DNA of 64,000 nucleotides from NCBI RefSeq assembly GCF_056712565.1, contig NZ_CM160072.1; one strand, 5' to 3'. Shown piece by piece: positions 27,066 to 38,458 of this stretch (position 1 is its first letter; each line of letters starts with the position of its first letter). The notes under the pieces were generated by a model. It saw only the letters and a program-made list of their open reading frames with translations, ran no database searches and was not told where the DNA came from. The position numbers and the translations under genes were made by a program.

Positions 27066-27080
27066 CTGCAGGGGACACCA
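27066..27080. other. attR core (CTGCAGGGGACACCA, the 3' end of argW)
   Basis: 15-nt match to the argW 3' terminus about 70 bp after the torI stop. Host sequence and dsdC follow. Confidence 0.7.
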
Positions 27081-27179
27081 TTCTTGTGTTTATCCCTAAA
27101 ACCACGTAAAAACCGTAAATTATTAAATTCGCACTAGCAATGCCGAATAAGGCACACCAGGAACTCGTGGTCTTATTCA

Positions 27180-28115
27180 TTATGAAGTGGTTTTTACCTG
27201 TTCTCTTAACCAAGTAATAAATGCCTCAATTTTTGGCCACTGCCTGCCCGGTAATGTAGTGATGTAATAATGCTGATGGCATTTCACCGTCATATCGCCA
27301 AACGGCGCGACGAGCTCACCACTGGCAAGCCTTTTTTGTACCAGACGTTTCCTTCCCATCGCCACCCCAATATGATTCATCGCGGCGATAACGGCTAAAT
27401 CAGAGCGATCAAAGCCAATTCCAGAAGATGTCGGCAAATTAACCGCATAATGTTGCGCCCAACTATGCCATTCATCCGTACCGGAGTCGTTGCTCCATGC
27501 CTGTCTGTCATGGAGCAACGTACAGTGACGCAGGTTAATTACCGTGTTGGTTAAATCATGTCTATGAGCGTACTCCGGGCTGCAAACTGGCAGGATTTCT
27601 TCATCCATCAGAAAGTGATGAGCCAATTGCGCTGACGGCGCATCATCAAAGTAGATCGCCAAATCGATTCCGGCACGTTGCAAATTGACATTGTCATTAC
27701 CAGTGAGCACGGTGAGCGAAATAGACGGATATCGGCGTGTAAAGTCACCTAATGCGGGCACCAACCAGCATTGGGCGATAGAGGGCCGGGAATACAACGT
27801 TAACGTTCCCGATAACTCCTGATTTTTGATATCCAGAATTTCCTGATTCAGGGTATCCAGCGACGATTTTAGCGCCCAATAAACACGTTTCCCCTCGTGC
27901 GTTAATTCCACTTTGCGATGGGAACGAACAAACAACTGAATACCTAATTCTTCTTCCAGCTGATTGATACGGTGACTTACCGCACTGGGGCTCAGCGACA
28001 ATTCCTCTGCCGCAAGGGCGAAGGACTGATGCCTGGCAGCCACTTCAAAAGTATGCAGTTTTGATAGTTGCCAGCCGTTAAGCAGTCGATTTCTTATTTC
28101 ACGAAGGGGTTCCAT
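27180..28115 (-). CDS. dsdC: D-serine operon LysR-type activator
   Basis: MEPLREIRNRLLNGWQLSKLHTFEVAARHQSF... Confidence 0.95.
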   Translation of the reverse strand: MEPLREIRNRLLNGWQLSKLHTFEVAARHQSFALAAEELSLSPSAVSHRINQLEEELGIQLFVRSHRKVELTHEGKRVYWALKSSLDTLNQEILDIKNQELSGTLTLYSRPSIAQCWLVPALGDFTRRYPSISLTVLTGNDNVNLQRAGIDLAIYFDDAPSAQLAHHFLMDEEILPVCSPEYAHRHDLTNTVINLRHCTLLHDRQAWSNDSGTDEWHSWAQHYAVNLPTSSGIGFDRSDLAVIAAMNHIGVAMGRKRLVQKRLASGELVAPFGDMTVKCHQHYYITTLPGRQWPKIEAFITWLREQVKTTS

Positions 28116-28332
28116 AATCACCTCATTTTTCTCTTAAGTGTAAAAAAATAGCGGCAAAATTTCAGCTTCTAGGTGAGCTAAAGTGAACCATATCTCAATT
28201 CACCTTCATTTTTAGATGTAAATCACTCCATTGATGCAATTTAGCTCACGTGAAAGGCAAATTTTATCGTTTGTCAGCCTGCGTTGTTTTTTTGTCCAAT
28301 ATCATCAGGTTAATCACAGGGGAAGGTGAGAT

Positions 28333-29670
28333 ATGCACTCTCAAATCTGGGTTGTGAGCACGCTGCTTATCAGCATCGTGTTAATTGTACTGACCATCGT
28401 GAAGTTCAAATTCCACCCGTTTCTGGCGCTGTTGCTGGCCAGCTTCTTCGTGGGAACGATGATGGGCATGGGGCCACTGGATATGGTAAATGCTATTGAA
28501 AGTGGAATTGGCGGAACGCTGGGGTTCCTCGCTGCGGTTATCGGCCTTGGCACGATACTGGGAAAAATGATGGAAGTATCCGGGGCCGCAGAAAGAATTG
28601 GTCTGACACTTCAACGCTGCCGGTGGCTTTCAGCTGATGTCATTATGGTGCTGGTTGGCCTGATTTGCGGCATCACGCTGTTTGTTGAAGTGGGCGTCGT
28701 GCTATTGATTCCTCTGGCTTTTTCAATTGCCAAAAAAACCAATACCTCATTGTTAAAGCTGGCCATTCCGCTGTGTACCGCATTGATGGCAGTGCACTGC
28801 GTGGTTCCCCCACATCCGGCTGCTTTATATGTTGCCAATAAGCTGGGCGCAGATATCGGTTCGGTGATCGTCTACGGTTTGCTGGTTGGGCTGATGGCAT
28901 CACTGATCGGTGGCCCACTTTTCCTTAAATTTCTGGGGCAACGACTGCCCTTTAAACCTGTACCCACAGAGTTTGCCGATCTCAAAGTTCGCGATGAAAA
29001 AACACTACCGTCATTAGGCGCAACGTTATTCACCATACTGCTACCCATTGCGCTGATGTTGGTTAAAACGATTGCCGAATTGAATATGGCGCGTGAGAGT
29101 GGTTTGTATACCTTGCTTGAGTTTATTGGCAACCCTATCACTGCCATGTTTATCGCCGTATTTGTCGCCTATTATGTGTTGGGTATACGTCAGCATATGA
29201 GCATGGGGACGATGCTCACACATACGGAAAATGGTTTCGGTTCTATTGCTAATATTTTGCTGATTATCGGGGCCGGAGGCGCATTCAACGCCATTTTAAA
29301 AAGCAGCAGTCTCGCTGATACGCTGGCAGTTATTCTCTCCAATATGCATATGCACCCGATTCTTCTGGCCTGGTTGGTGGCACTTATTCTGCATGCTGCA
29401 GTGGGCTCCGCTACGGTGGCAATGATGGGGGCAACGGCAATTGTTGCACCCATGCTGCCGCTGTATCCCGACATCAGCCCGGAAATTATTGCAATTGCCA
29501 TCGGTTCAGGTGCGATTGGCTGCACGATCGTTACGGACTCGCTTTTCTGGCTGGTGAAGCAATATTGCGGTGCTACGCTCAATGAAACATTTAAATACTA
29601 TACGACAGCGACATTTATCGCTTCAGTCATCGCTCTGGCGGGCACATTCCTGCTGTCATTTATCATCTAA
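28333..29670 (+). CDS. dsdX: D-serine transporter (GntP family)
   Basis: 445-aa polytopic membrane protein downstream of dsdC, in K-12 synteny. Confidence 0.95.
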   Translation: MHSQIWVVSTLLISIVLIVLTIVKFKFHPFLALLLASFFVGTMMGMGPLDMVNAIESGIGGTLGFLAAVIGLGTILGKMMEVSGAAERIGLTLQRCRWLSADVIMVLVGLICGITLFVEVGVVLLIPLAFSIAKKTNTSLLKLAIPLCTALMAVHCVVPPHPAALYVANKLGADIGSVIVYGLLVGLMASLIGGPLFLKFLGQRLPFKPVPTEFADLKVRDEKTLPSLGATLFTILLPIALMLVKTIAELNMARESGLYTLLEFIGNPITAMFIAVFVAYYVLGIRQHMSMGTMLTHTENGFGSIANILLIIGAGGAFNAILKSSSLADTLAVILSNMHMHPILLAWLVALILHAAVGSATVAMMGATAIVAPMLPLYPDISPEIIAIAIGSGAIGCTIVTDSLFWLVKQYCGATLNETFKYYTTATFIASVIALAGTFLLSFII

Positions 29671-29687
29671 GCGCAAAGAGACGTACT

Positions 29688-31016
29688 ATGGAAAACGCTA
29701 AAATGAATTCGCTCATCGCCCAGTATCCGTTGGTAGAGGATCTGGTTGCTCTTAAAGAAACCACCTGGTTTAATCCTGGCACGACCTCATTGGCAGAAGG
29801 TTTACCTTATGTTGGCCTGACCGAACAGGATGTTCAGGACGCCCATGCGCGCCTGTCTCGTTTTGCGCCGTATCTGGCAAAAGCATTTCCTGAAACGGCT
29901 GCCGCGGGGGGGATTATTGAATCAGAACTGGTTGCTATTCCTGCTATGCAAAAACGGCTGGAAAAGGAATATCACCAGCCGATCGCCGGGCAATTGCTAC
30001 TAAAAAAAGACAGCCATTTGCCGATTTCCGGCTCCATAAAAGCACGTGGCGGGATTTATGAAGTCCTGGCCCATGCTGAAAAACTGGCTCTGGAAGCGGG
30101 TTTGCTGACACTTGAGGATGATTACAGCAAACTGCTTTCCCCGGAGTTTAAACAGTTCTTTAGCCAATACAGTATTGCTGTGGGATCAACCGGAAATCTG
30201 GGGTTATCAATTGGTATTATGAGCGCCCGCATCGGCTTTAAAGTAACGGTGCATATGTCTGCTGATGCCCGCGCCTGGAAAAAAGCGAAACTGCGCAGTC
30301 ATGGCGTTACTGTCGTGGAATACGAGCAAGATTATGGTGTTGCTGTCGAGGAAGGACGTAAAGCAGCGCAGTCTGACCCGAACTGTTTCTTTATTGATGA
30401 CGAGAATTCCCGCACGTTGTTCCTTGGATATTCCGTCGCAGGCCAGCGTCTTAAGGCACAATTTGCTCAGCAAGGTCGCATCGTCAATGCTGATAACCCT
30501 CTGTTTGTCTATCTGCCGTGTGGTGTTGGCGGTGGTCCTGGTGGCGTCGCATTCGGACTTAAACTGGCGTTTGGCGATCATGTTCACTGCTTTTTTGCCG
30601 AACCAACGCACTCCCCGTGTATGTTATTAGGCGTCCATACCGGATTACACGATCAGATTTCTGTTCAGGATATTGGCATCGACAACCTTACCGCTGCCGA
30701 TGGCCTTGCGGTTGGTCGCGCATCGGGCTTTGTCGGGCGGGCAATGGAGCGTCTGCTGGATGGCTTCTATACCCTTAGCGATCAAACCATGTATGACATG
30801 CTTAGCTGGTTGGCGCAGGAAGAAGGTATTCGTCTTGAACCATCGGCACTGGCGGGTATGGCCGGGCCTCAGCGCGTGTGCGCATCAGTAAGTTACCAAC
30901 AGATGCACGGTTTCAGCGCAGAACAACTGCGTAATGCCACTCATCTGGTGTGGGCGACGGGAGGTGGAATGGTGCCGGAAGAAGAGATGAATCAATATCT
31001 GGCAAAAGGCCGTTAA
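29688..31016 (+). CDS. dsdA: D-serine dehydratase
   Basis: 442 aa with PLP lysine motif SGSIKARGG. Confidence 0.95.
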   Translation: MENAKMNSLIAQYPLVEDLVALKETTWFNPGTTSLAEGLPYVGLTEQDVQDAHARLSRFAPYLAKAFPETAAAGGIIESELVAIPAMQKRLEKEYHQPIAGQLLLKKDSHLPISGSIKARGGIYEVLAHAEKLALEAGLLTLEDDYSKLLSPEFKQFFSQYSIAVGSTGNLGLSIGIMSARIGFKVTVHMSADARAWKKAKLRSHGVTVVEYEQDYGVAVEEGRKAAQSDPNCFFIDDENSRTLFLGYSVAGQRLKAQFAQQGRIVNADNPLFVYLPCGVGGGPGGVAFGLKLAFGDHVHCFFAEPTHSPCMLLGVHTGLHDQISVQDIGIDNLTAADGLAVGRASGFVGRAMERLLDGFYTLSDQTMYDMLSWLAQEEGIRLEPSALAGMAGPQRVCASVSYQQMHGFSAEQLRNATHLVWATGGGMVPEEEMNQYLAKGR

Positions 31017-31123
31017 TAACGTTTCAACGCAGCATCGCCATCCTTTCCCTGGGTGAGCGATGCTGCCGATGACGCAGACTTAAGATTCTGCCGTTTTACC
31101 TGCTATAGCCTCCTCTTTTTCCA

Positions 31124-32662
31124 TCACCCAACGCCTTTCGCTGTAAACGGCGGTTTCGCAAACCAAACCAAAACCGTAAGTAAGATAAAAGCAATAGCCG
31201 CCATACGGAAAATCTCATTTGCAGAAATAGAAAGTGACTGCTGAGTTATTTCATTATTAATTTCATTAAGAACTCCTGAAAGCGAACCATAGTATTTATC
31301 CATAATTTGTGACGATGAATTAAACACGGGGTTAAATTGATCGATGGTTGCTGTCAACTGACTATGGTGTAACGATTCGCGGCGTCCCCACAGTGTCATT
31401 GTCAACGACGTACCAACTGATCCTGACAAGGTGCGAAAAAAATTACTCATACTCGAGGCATTGGCAAATTTATTATCTGGCAAGCCTGAAAACGAAATCG
31501 TTGTTAAGGGTAAAAAGAAACAGGCAACGGCGAATCCCTGAAAAAACTGTGGCAAAATGATGCCTGTAAAATCAATCGTTGGCATAAATGTCACAGAACG
31601 CCAGTAATAGCAAACCGCATACATCAAAAAACTAAATGTCACCAACAACCGCATATCAATTTTGTTGCCATAACGTCCTATCAAAGGTGATATTAATAGC
31701 GGCATGATACCGATGGGCGCATAGGCAAGTCCGGCCCATATCGCATTATACCCCATCGTTTCCTGGAGTAACTGCGGCATAAGAACTATCGCTCCAGAGT
31801 AAAATAAATACGCGCATGTGATACTCACAATACCAATGGTGAAATTACGGGACTTAAACAAACTGAGGTCAAGAATCGGATTCTCTGAGGTCGACTCCCA
31901 AATGACTAAAGAGATCAGAGAAATAACTGATACTACTGTTAGTAGTATTATTGTACTCGAGTTGAACCAATCCAGATCGCGCCCTTTATCAAGCATAATT
32001 TGCAAGCCACCAACACCGAGCACTAACAGGGTCAGTCCTGGTAGATTCATTTTGACCGGTGAAGTCTCAGTTTCTCGTCCTTTAAGTAAGGTTAAGCATA
32101 ATGTCAGGACGATAATCCCCATAGGGACATTGATTAAAAATATCCAACCCCAGCTAAAGTTATCGCAAATATAGCCGCCCAATATCGGCCCACATATCGG
32201 AGCGATAATCACGGTCATTGACCATAATGCCAGAGCAAATGTTCTTTTTTCTGGTGGATAATTCCTTAATAATAAACTCTGTGACAGTGGAATTAACGGC
32301 CCCGCCATTAACCCCTGAACGACTCTAAAAAATATCAGCACATCAAGATTGGTCGATAAACTACACATTAATGAAGACAGCGAAAAAAAGGTTACTGAAA
32401 GTAAAAATAACCTTAATTCGCCTATTCTTTGTGCCAGCCTGCCGGTAACAGGGATCGCAATGGCATTTGCTACGCCAAACGAGGTGATAACCCAGGTGCC
32501 TTCGTCTGTTGATGCTCCCAGAAAGCCAGATATTGTCGGTATTGCGACGTTAGAAATAGTGGAATCCAACATTTGCATAAACGTCGCTAATGACAATGCA
32601 ATAGTGACGCACCATAACGTCCCACCGGTTAATGGTGCAGGAGTTGATTTAGTGATTGCCAT
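31124..32662 (-). CDS. emrY: Multidrug efflux MFS transporter (EmrB paralog)
   Basis: 512 aa, 14-transmembrane MFS, overlaps the emrK stop. Confidence 0.95.
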   Translation of the reverse strand: MAITKSTPAPLTGGTLWCVTIALSLATFMQMLDSTISNVAIPTISGFLGASTDEGTWVITSFGVANAIAIPVTGRLAQRIGELRLFLLSVTFFSLSSLMCSLSTNLDVLIFFRVVQGLMAGPLIPLSQSLLLRNYPPEKRTFALALWSMTVIIAPICGPILGGYICDNFSWGWIFLINVPMGIIVLTLCLTLLKGRETETSPVKMNLPGLTLLVLGVGGLQIMLDKGRDLDWFNSSTIILLTVVSVISLISLVIWESTSENPILDLSLFKSRNFTIGIVSITCAYLFYSGAIVLMPQLLQETMGYNAIWAGLAYAPIGIMPLLISPLIGRYGNKIDMRLLVTFSFLMYAVCYYWRSVTFMPTIDFTGIILPQFFQGFAVACFFLPLTTISFSGLPDNKFANASSMSNFFRTLSGSVGTSLTMTLWGRRESLHHSQLTATIDQFNPVFNSSSQIMDKYYGSLSGVLNEINNEITQQSLSISANEIFRMAAIAFILLTVLVWFAKPPFTAKGVG

Positions 32663-33825
32663 TAAAGTTGTCCATTATGCGAAATAATGTTGCTAATTTC
32701 TTTTTCTATCGGACTGGTATCGATAACTAAAGCCTTACTGGTATAAGCAGGCATGGACGTCACGGTTGAAGCCAGATCGGGCATCTCGGCAATGTCTTCA
32801 TTCTTCGTATCAATAGTAGCAGTCATCGATAAACCAATGCGCAAAGGGTGTTCCATGAGTTCTTTTGGATCCAGAGAAACTTCAACCGGTACACGCTGAA
32901 CGATTTTGATCCAGTTCCCTGTCGCATTTTGTGCAGGTAATAAGGAGAACGCATTGCCGGTTCCCATATTGATCCCTGTCACCCGACCATGAAACACAAC
33001 ATTTTCACCATAAAGATCGCTGATAATATTGACCGATTGACCAATCCGTACATCCGTGAGTTGTGTTTCTTTAAAGTTGGCATTAACCCACATTTGACGC
33101 GCCGGTACGACAGCCATTAACGATTGTCCGGGACTCACTGTTTCGCCGACCTGAACACTTCTTTGGGCAATATAACCGGTAACCGGACTCTTAATATCCG
33201 TACGTTTAAGCGCCAACCAGGCTTCTTTGGTTGCATCTGCAGCTTCAATGACTTGTGGCTGACGGTTTAATGGTGTGTTCATTACTAAAGCTTTATTCGC
33301 TTTATAAGCCTGGATAGCAGCATTCAATGCCGCTTTGCTACTTATTAACGTATCTTTGGTATGCTCCAGCGCTTCTTTTGAAATAACCCCTTGCTTCGCT
33401 AAAGGCACACGACGGTTATAATCTTCTAAAGATTGTTGATACTGAATACGTGCTGAAGCGACTTCGGCACTGTATTGTTTATCCTGTAAGTATAGTTTAT
33501 TCGTTTGCCGAACAATATTTGCCAGATTATTTTTAGCTTTATTGAGTGCGATAGTGGCATCAGTTTTATCCAGTGAAACTAAAATGTCACCTTGTCGAAC
33601 GTAGTTCGTATCTTTATGATTAACGACAGTGACACTGCCTGAGACTTGTGCAGAAATTGGATCTGCATTTCCCGTGACATAGGCGTCATCTGTACTAATC
33701 ATGTCTTTTAATTCCATTGACCAATAGGCATAGGCACCTGAAAACGCAATAAATAAAACTACCGCTAACAAAGCAAAATACTTTCTTCTGTCAGAATGTT
33801 TTTTATTTGAATTAACCTGTTCCAC
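32662..33825 (-). CDS. emrK: Multidrug efflux membrane-fusion protein (EmrA paralog)
   Basis: 387 aa with an N-terminal transmembrane anchor and a coiled coil. Confidence 0.95.
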   Translation of the reverse strand: MEQVNSNKKHSDRRKYFALLAVVLFIAFSGAYAYWSMELKDMISTDDAYVTGNADPISAQVSGSVTVVNHKDTNYVRQGDILVSLDKTDATIALNKAKNNLANIVRQTNKLYLQDKQYSAEVASARIQYQQSLEDYNRRVPLAKQGVISKEALEHTKDTLISSKAALNAAIQAYKANKALVMNTPLNRQPQVIEAADATKEAWLALKRTDIKSPVTGYIAQRSVQVGETVSPGQSLMAVVPARQMWVNANFKETQLTDVRIGQSVNIISDLYGENVVFHGRVTGINMGTGNAFSLLPAQNATGNWIKIVQRVPVEVSLDPKELMEHPLRIGLSMTATIDTKNEDIAEMPDLASTVTSMPAYTSKALVIDTSPIEKEISNIISHNGQL

Positions 33826-33997
33826 TATTATCTCTCATTTCGCATAGATGAAATTTATGAATTGAATGAAAAGAGTATTCATTCTTCATATCAAACACAG
33901 TGCATGTTTTGCACATTATCCCAGGAACGTTGGAGGGCTAATTTAAATGAGGTGCAAAAAAACAACAGAGGACTAAACCGCGGCTTTTGCAATACAA

Positions 33998-34014
33998 TTC
34001 TTACGCCTGTAGGA
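33998..34014. promoter_or_regulatory. EvgA-box-like inverted repeat (TTCTTACGCCTGTAGGA) in the emrK-evgA divergent promoter region
   Basis: Resembles the TTCYTACA...TGTARGAA EvgA site. Confidence 0.45.
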
Positions 34015-34239
34015 TTAGTGAGAAAACTTATAGTGCTCATTTGAAACTATAAATCATCGGTATCATCCCTGATTTTATTGTTGACATTTTATTTATGCCG
34101 ACTATTTATATGGTATACTTGTCGAATTATCTTAAAGGAAGCTCAAATTTTCTTATTTTTATTGAGAAAATGAGATGATACCTTATGTCTGTATTACTAC
34201 AAGGAGAAGGGAAATGCTTCATTGCAAAGGGAATAATCT

Positions 34240-34854
34240 ATGAACGCAATAATTATTGATGACCATCCTCTTGCTATCGCAGCAATTCGTAATTTATTGA
34301 TCAAAAACGATATTGAAATCTTAGCAGAGTTGACTGAAGGCGGAAGCGCCGTTCAGCGGGTGGAAACACTTAAGCCTGATATCGTCATCATTGATGTCGA
34401 TATCCCCGGAGTTAACGGTATCCAGGTGTTAGAAACGCTGAGAAAGCGCCAATATAGCGGAATTATTATTATTGTCTCCGCTAAAAATGACCATTTTTAC
34501 GGGAAACATTGTGCTGATGCTGGCGCTAATGGTTTCGTGAGTAAAAAAGAAGGCATGAACAATATCATTGCGGCTATTGAAGCTGCAAAAAATGGCTACT
34601 GCTATTTCCCCTTCTCTCTCAACCGGTTTGTTGGAAGTTTAACGTCCGACCAGCAAAAACTCGACTCCTTATCGAAACAAGAAATTAGTGTCATGCGGTA
34701 TATTCTTGATGGCAAGGATAATAATGACATTGCTGAAAAAATGTTCATCAGCAACAAAACTGTCAGCACTTATAAAAGTCGCTTGATGGAAAAATTAGAA
34801 TGCAAATCACTGATGGATCTTTACACATTCGCACAACGTAACAAAATCGGCTAA
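34240..34854 (+). CDS. evgA: Response regulator EvgA (NarL/FixJ family)
   Basis: 204 aa, receiver domain plus LuxR helix-turn-helix. Confidence 0.95.
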   Translation: MNAIIIDDHPLAIAAIRNLLIKNDIEILAELTEGGSAVQRVETLKPDIVIIDVDIPGVNGIQVLETLRKRQYSGIIIIVSAKNDHFYGKHCADAGANGFVSKKEGMNNIIAAIEAAKNGYCYFPFSLNRFVGSLTSDQQKLDSLSKQEISVMRYILDGKDNNDIAEKMFISNKTVSTYKSRLMEKLECKSLMDLYTFAQRNKIG

Positions 34855-34858
34855 CCAC

Positions 34859-37800
34859 ATGAAGTTTTTACCCTATATTTTTCTTCTCTGTTGTGGTCTT
34901 TGGTCGACCATAAGCTTCGCAGACGGAGATTACATCGAATATCGTGGCATCAGTAGTAACAACCGTGTCACACTTGATCCACTACGTCTGAGCAACAAGG
35001 AATTACGTTGGCTCGCGAGCAAAAAAAATCTTGTGATTGCAGTACACAAGTCCCAAACAGCTACGTTGTTGCATACCGATTCGCAGCAACGGATTCGTGG
35101 TATTAATGCTGATTATTTAAATCTTTTAAAAAGAGCGTTAAATATCAAATTAACACTCCGGGAATACGCAGATCATCAAAAAGCAATGGACGCGCTGGAA
35201 GACGGTGAAGTTGATATAGTGTTATCACATTTAGTTGCTTCGCCGCCTCTTAATGATGACATTGCTGCAACTAATCCTCTGATAATTACCTTTCCGGCGC
35301 TGGTCACTACCCTTCACGATTCAATGCGACCGCTTACCTCATCAAAACCAGTAAATATTGCTCGAGTAGCAAATTATCCCCCAGACGAGGTAATTCATCA
35401 ATCATTTCCAAAAGCAACAATTATCTCTTTTACAAATTTATATCAGGCATTAGCATCCGTCTCAGCCGGACAGAATGATTACTTTATTGGTAGTAACATC
35501 ATTACCAGCAGTATGATTTCCCGTTATTTTACTCACTCCTTAAATGTAGTGAAGTATTATAACTCACCGCGTCAATATAACTTTTTATTAACCAGAAAAG
35601 ATTCAATCGTTCTTAATGAAGTACTCAATCGATTTGTTGATGCTTTAACAAATGAAGTTCGCTATGAAGTATCACAAAATTGGCTTGATACAGGAAACCT
35701 GGCCTTTCTGAACAAACCATTAGAACTCACTGAACATGAAAAACAGTGGATTAAGCAGCATCCCGATTTAAAGGTGCTGGAAAATCCTTACTCGCCACCC
35801 TATTCTATGACAGATGAAACTGGCTCAGTTCGGGGCGTGATGGGTGATATTCTTAATATTATTACCTTGCAAACAGGTTTAAATTTTTCTCCGATCACCG
35901 TTTCACATAATATTCATGCTGGGACACAGCTTAACCCCGGTGGATGGGATATATTGCCCGCCGCTATTTATAGTGAAGATCGAGAAAATAATGTTTCATT
36001 TGCTGAAGTCTTCATAACAACGCCTTACGTTTTTGTCATGCAAAAAGCGCCTGACAGTGAACAAACATTAAAAAAAGGAATGAAAGTTGCCATTCCATAT
36101 TATTATGAGCTTCATTCGCAATTAAAAGAGATGTATCCGGAGGTAGAGTGGATAAAAGTCGATAACGCCAGCGCTGCATTTCACAAGGTCAAGGAAGGTG
36201 AACTTGATGCTCTGGTCGCGACACAGTTAAATTCGCGTTACATGATCGACCATTACTATCCTAATGAACTTTATCATTTTCTTATTCCCGGCGTTCAGAA
36301 TGCATCACTTTCGTTCGCTTTTCCTCGCGGAGAACCGGAACTTAAGGATATTATTAATAAAGCACTGAATGCAATTCCCCCAAGCGAAGTTCTGCGCCTG
36401 ACCGAAAAATGGATTAAAATGCCCAATGTGACCATTGACACATGGGACCTCTATAGCGAGCAGTTTTATATTGTTACGACATTATCCGTTTTATTAGTTG
36501 GCAGTAGCCTTTTATGGGGATTCTACCTGTTACGCTCAGTTCGTCGTCGTAAAGTTATTCAGGGTGATTTAGAAAACCAAATATCATTCCGGAAAGCACT
36601 CTCGGACTCCTTACCGAATCCAACTTATGTTGTAAACTGGCAAGGTAATGTCATTAGTCATAATAGTGCATTTGAACATTATTTCACTGATGATTACTAC
36701 AAAAATGCAATGTTGCCATTAGAAAACAGTGAATCCCCCTTTAAAGATGTTTTTTCTAATACGCATGAAGTCACAGCAGAAACGAAAGAAAACCGAACAA
36801 TATACACACAGGTATTTGAAATTGATAATGGCATCGAGAAAAGATGCATTAATCACTGGCATACCTTATGTAATCTGCCAGCAAGCGAACATGCTGTTTA
36901 TATTTGTGGTTGGCAAGATATTACCGAGACGCGTGATTTAATTCATGCACTCGAAGTAGAGAGAAATAAAGCGATCAATGCAACTGTCGCAAAAAGCCAG
37001 TTTCTGGCAACAATGAGTCACGAAATAAGAACACCAATAAGCTCCATTATGGGCTTCCTGGAACTTCTGTCGGGTTCTGGTCTTAGCAAGGAACAACGGG
37101 TGGAGGCGATTTCACTTGCCTACGCCACCGGACAATCACTCCTCGGCTTAATTGGTGAAATCCTTGATGTCGACAAAATTGAATCGGGTAACTATCAACT
37201 TCAACCACAATGGGTCGATATCCCTACTTTAGTCCAGAACACTTGTCACTCTTTCGCTGCGATTGCTGCAAGCAAATCGATCGCATTAAGTTGCAGCAGT
37301 ACGCTTCCTGAACGCTACCTGGTTAAGATCGACCCTCAGGCGTTTAAGCAGGTCTTATCTAATTTACTGAGTAATGCTCTCAAATTTACTACCGAGGGGG
37401 CAGTAAAAATTACGACCTCCCTGGGTCACATTGATGACAACCACGCTGTTATCAAAATGACGATTATGGATTCTGGAAGTGGATTATCGCAGGAAGAACA
37501 ACAACAACTGTTTAAACGCTATAGCCAAACAAGTGCAGGTCGTCAGCAAACAGGTTCTGGTTTAGGCTTAATGATCTGCAAAGAATTAATTAAAAACATG
37601 CAGGGCGATTTGTCATTAGAAAGTCATCCAGGCATAGGAACGATATTTACGATCACAATCCCGGTAGAAATTACCCAACAAGTGGCGGCTGTCGAGGCAA
37701 AAGCAGAACAACCTATAACACTACCTGAAAAGTTGAGCATATTAATCGCGGATGATCATCCGACCAACAGGCTATTACTCAAACGCCAGCTAAATCTATT

Positions 37801-38452
37801 AGGATATGATGTTGATGAAGCCACTGATGGTGTGCAAGCGCTACACAAAGTCAGTATGCAACATTATGATCTGCTTATTACTGACGTTAATATGCCGAAT
37901 ATGGATGGTTTTGAGTTGACTCGCAAACTCCGTGAGCAAAATTCTTCCTTACCCATCTGGGGGCTTACAGCCAACGCACAGGCTAACGAACGTGAAAAAG
38001 GGTTAAATTGCGGCATGAACTTATGTTTGTTCAAACCGTTGACTCTGGATGTACTGAAAACACATTTAAGTCAGTTACACCAGGTTGCGCATATTGCACC
38101 TCAGTATCGCCACCTTGATATCGAGGCCCTGAAGAATAATACGGCGAATGATCTACAACTGATGCAGGAGATTCTCATGACTTTCCAGCATGAAACGCAT
38201 AAAGATCTACCCGCTGCGTTTCATGCACTAGAAGCTGGCGATAACAGAACTTTCCATCAGTGTATTCATCGCATCCACGGTGCGGCTAACATCCTGAATT
38301 TGCAAAAGTTGATTAATATTAGCCACCAGTTAGAAATAACACCTGTTTCAGATGACAGTAAGCCTGAAATTCTTCAGTTGCTGAACTCTGTAAAAGAACA
38401 CATTGCAGAGCTGGACCAGGAGATTACTGTTTTCTGTCAGCAAAATGACTAA
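34859..38452 (+). CDS. evgS: Hybrid sensor kinase EvgS (BvgS-like)
   Basis: 1197 aa with periplasmic solute-binding domains, histidine kinase, receiver and HPt. Confidence 0.95.
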   Translation: MKFLPYIFLLCCGLWSTISFADGDYIEYRGISSNNRVTLDPLRLSNKELRWLASKKNLVIAVHKSQTATLLHTDSQQRIRGINADYLNLLKRALNIKLTLREYADHQKAMDALEDGEVDIVLSHLVASPPLNDDIAATNPLIITFPALVTTLHDSMRPLTSSKPVNIARVANYPPDEVIHQSFPKATIISFTNLYQALASVSAGQNDYFIGSNIITSSMISRYFTHSLNVVKYYNSPRQYNFLLTRKDSIVLNEVLNRFVDALTNEVRYEVSQNWLDTGNLAFLNKPLELTEHEKQWIKQHPDLKVLENPYSPPYSMTDETGSVRGVMGDILNIITLQTGLNFSPITVSHNIHAGTQLNPGGWDILPAAIYSEDRENNVSFAEVFITTPYVFVMQKAPDSEQTLKKGMKVAIPYYYELHSQLKEMYPEVEWIKVDNASAAFHKVKEGELDALVATQLNSRYMIDHYYPNELYHFLIPGVQNASLSFAFPRGEPELKDIINKALNAIPPSEVLRLTEKWIKMPNVTIDTWDLYSEQFYIVTTLSVLLVGSSLLWGFYLLRSVRRRKVIQGDLENQISFRKALSDSLPNPTYVVNWQGNVISHNSAFEHYFTDDYYKNAMLPLENSESPFKDVFSNTHEVTAETKENRTIYTQVFEIDNGIEKRCINHWHTLCNLPASEHAVYICGWQDITETRDLIHALEVERNKAINATVAKSQFLATMSHEIRTPISSIMGFLELLSGSGLSKEQRVEAISLAYATGQSLLGLIGEILDVDKIESGNYQLQPQWVDIPTLVQNTCHSFAAIAASKSIALSCSSTLPERYLVKIDPQAFKQVLSNLLSNALKFTTEGAVKITTSLGHIDDNHAVIKMTIMDSGSGLSQEEQQQLFKRYSQTSAGRQQTGSGLGLMICKELIKNMQGDLSLESHPGIGTIFTITIPVEITQQVAAVEAKAEQPITLPEKLSILIADDHPTNRLLLKRQLNLLGYDVDEATDGVQALHKVSMQHYDLLITDVNMPNMDGFELTRKLREQNSSLPIWGLTANAQANEREKGLNCGMNLCLFKPLTLDVLKTHLSQLHQVAHIAPQYRHLDIEALKNNTANDLQLMQEILMTFQHETHKDLPAAFHALEAGDNRTFHQCIHRIHGAANILNLQKLINISHQLEITPVSDDSKPEILQLLNSVKEHIAELDQEITVFCQQND

Positions 38453-38458
38453 ATAGCG

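Larger units (their letters stand above)
1..27080. mobile_element. Right-hand ~27 kb of a P22-like (Sf6/HK620-arrangement) prophage inserted at argW. Module order runs from virion genes through lysis, Q, nin, replication and immunity to the early-left operon, torI and attR. The int end is outside the window.
   Basis: Contiguous block of recognisable phage modules. attR core matches the argW 3' end. Downstream flank is dsdC, as at the KplE1/CPS-53 locus. Confidence 0.85.

Noticed and set aside
26757-27080. Possible tRNA gene near torI
   Set aside because: Only two short fragments of argW (16 nt and 15 nt) are present, separated by torI. No cloverleaf-complete tRNA can be assembled. They were called as att-related fragments instead.
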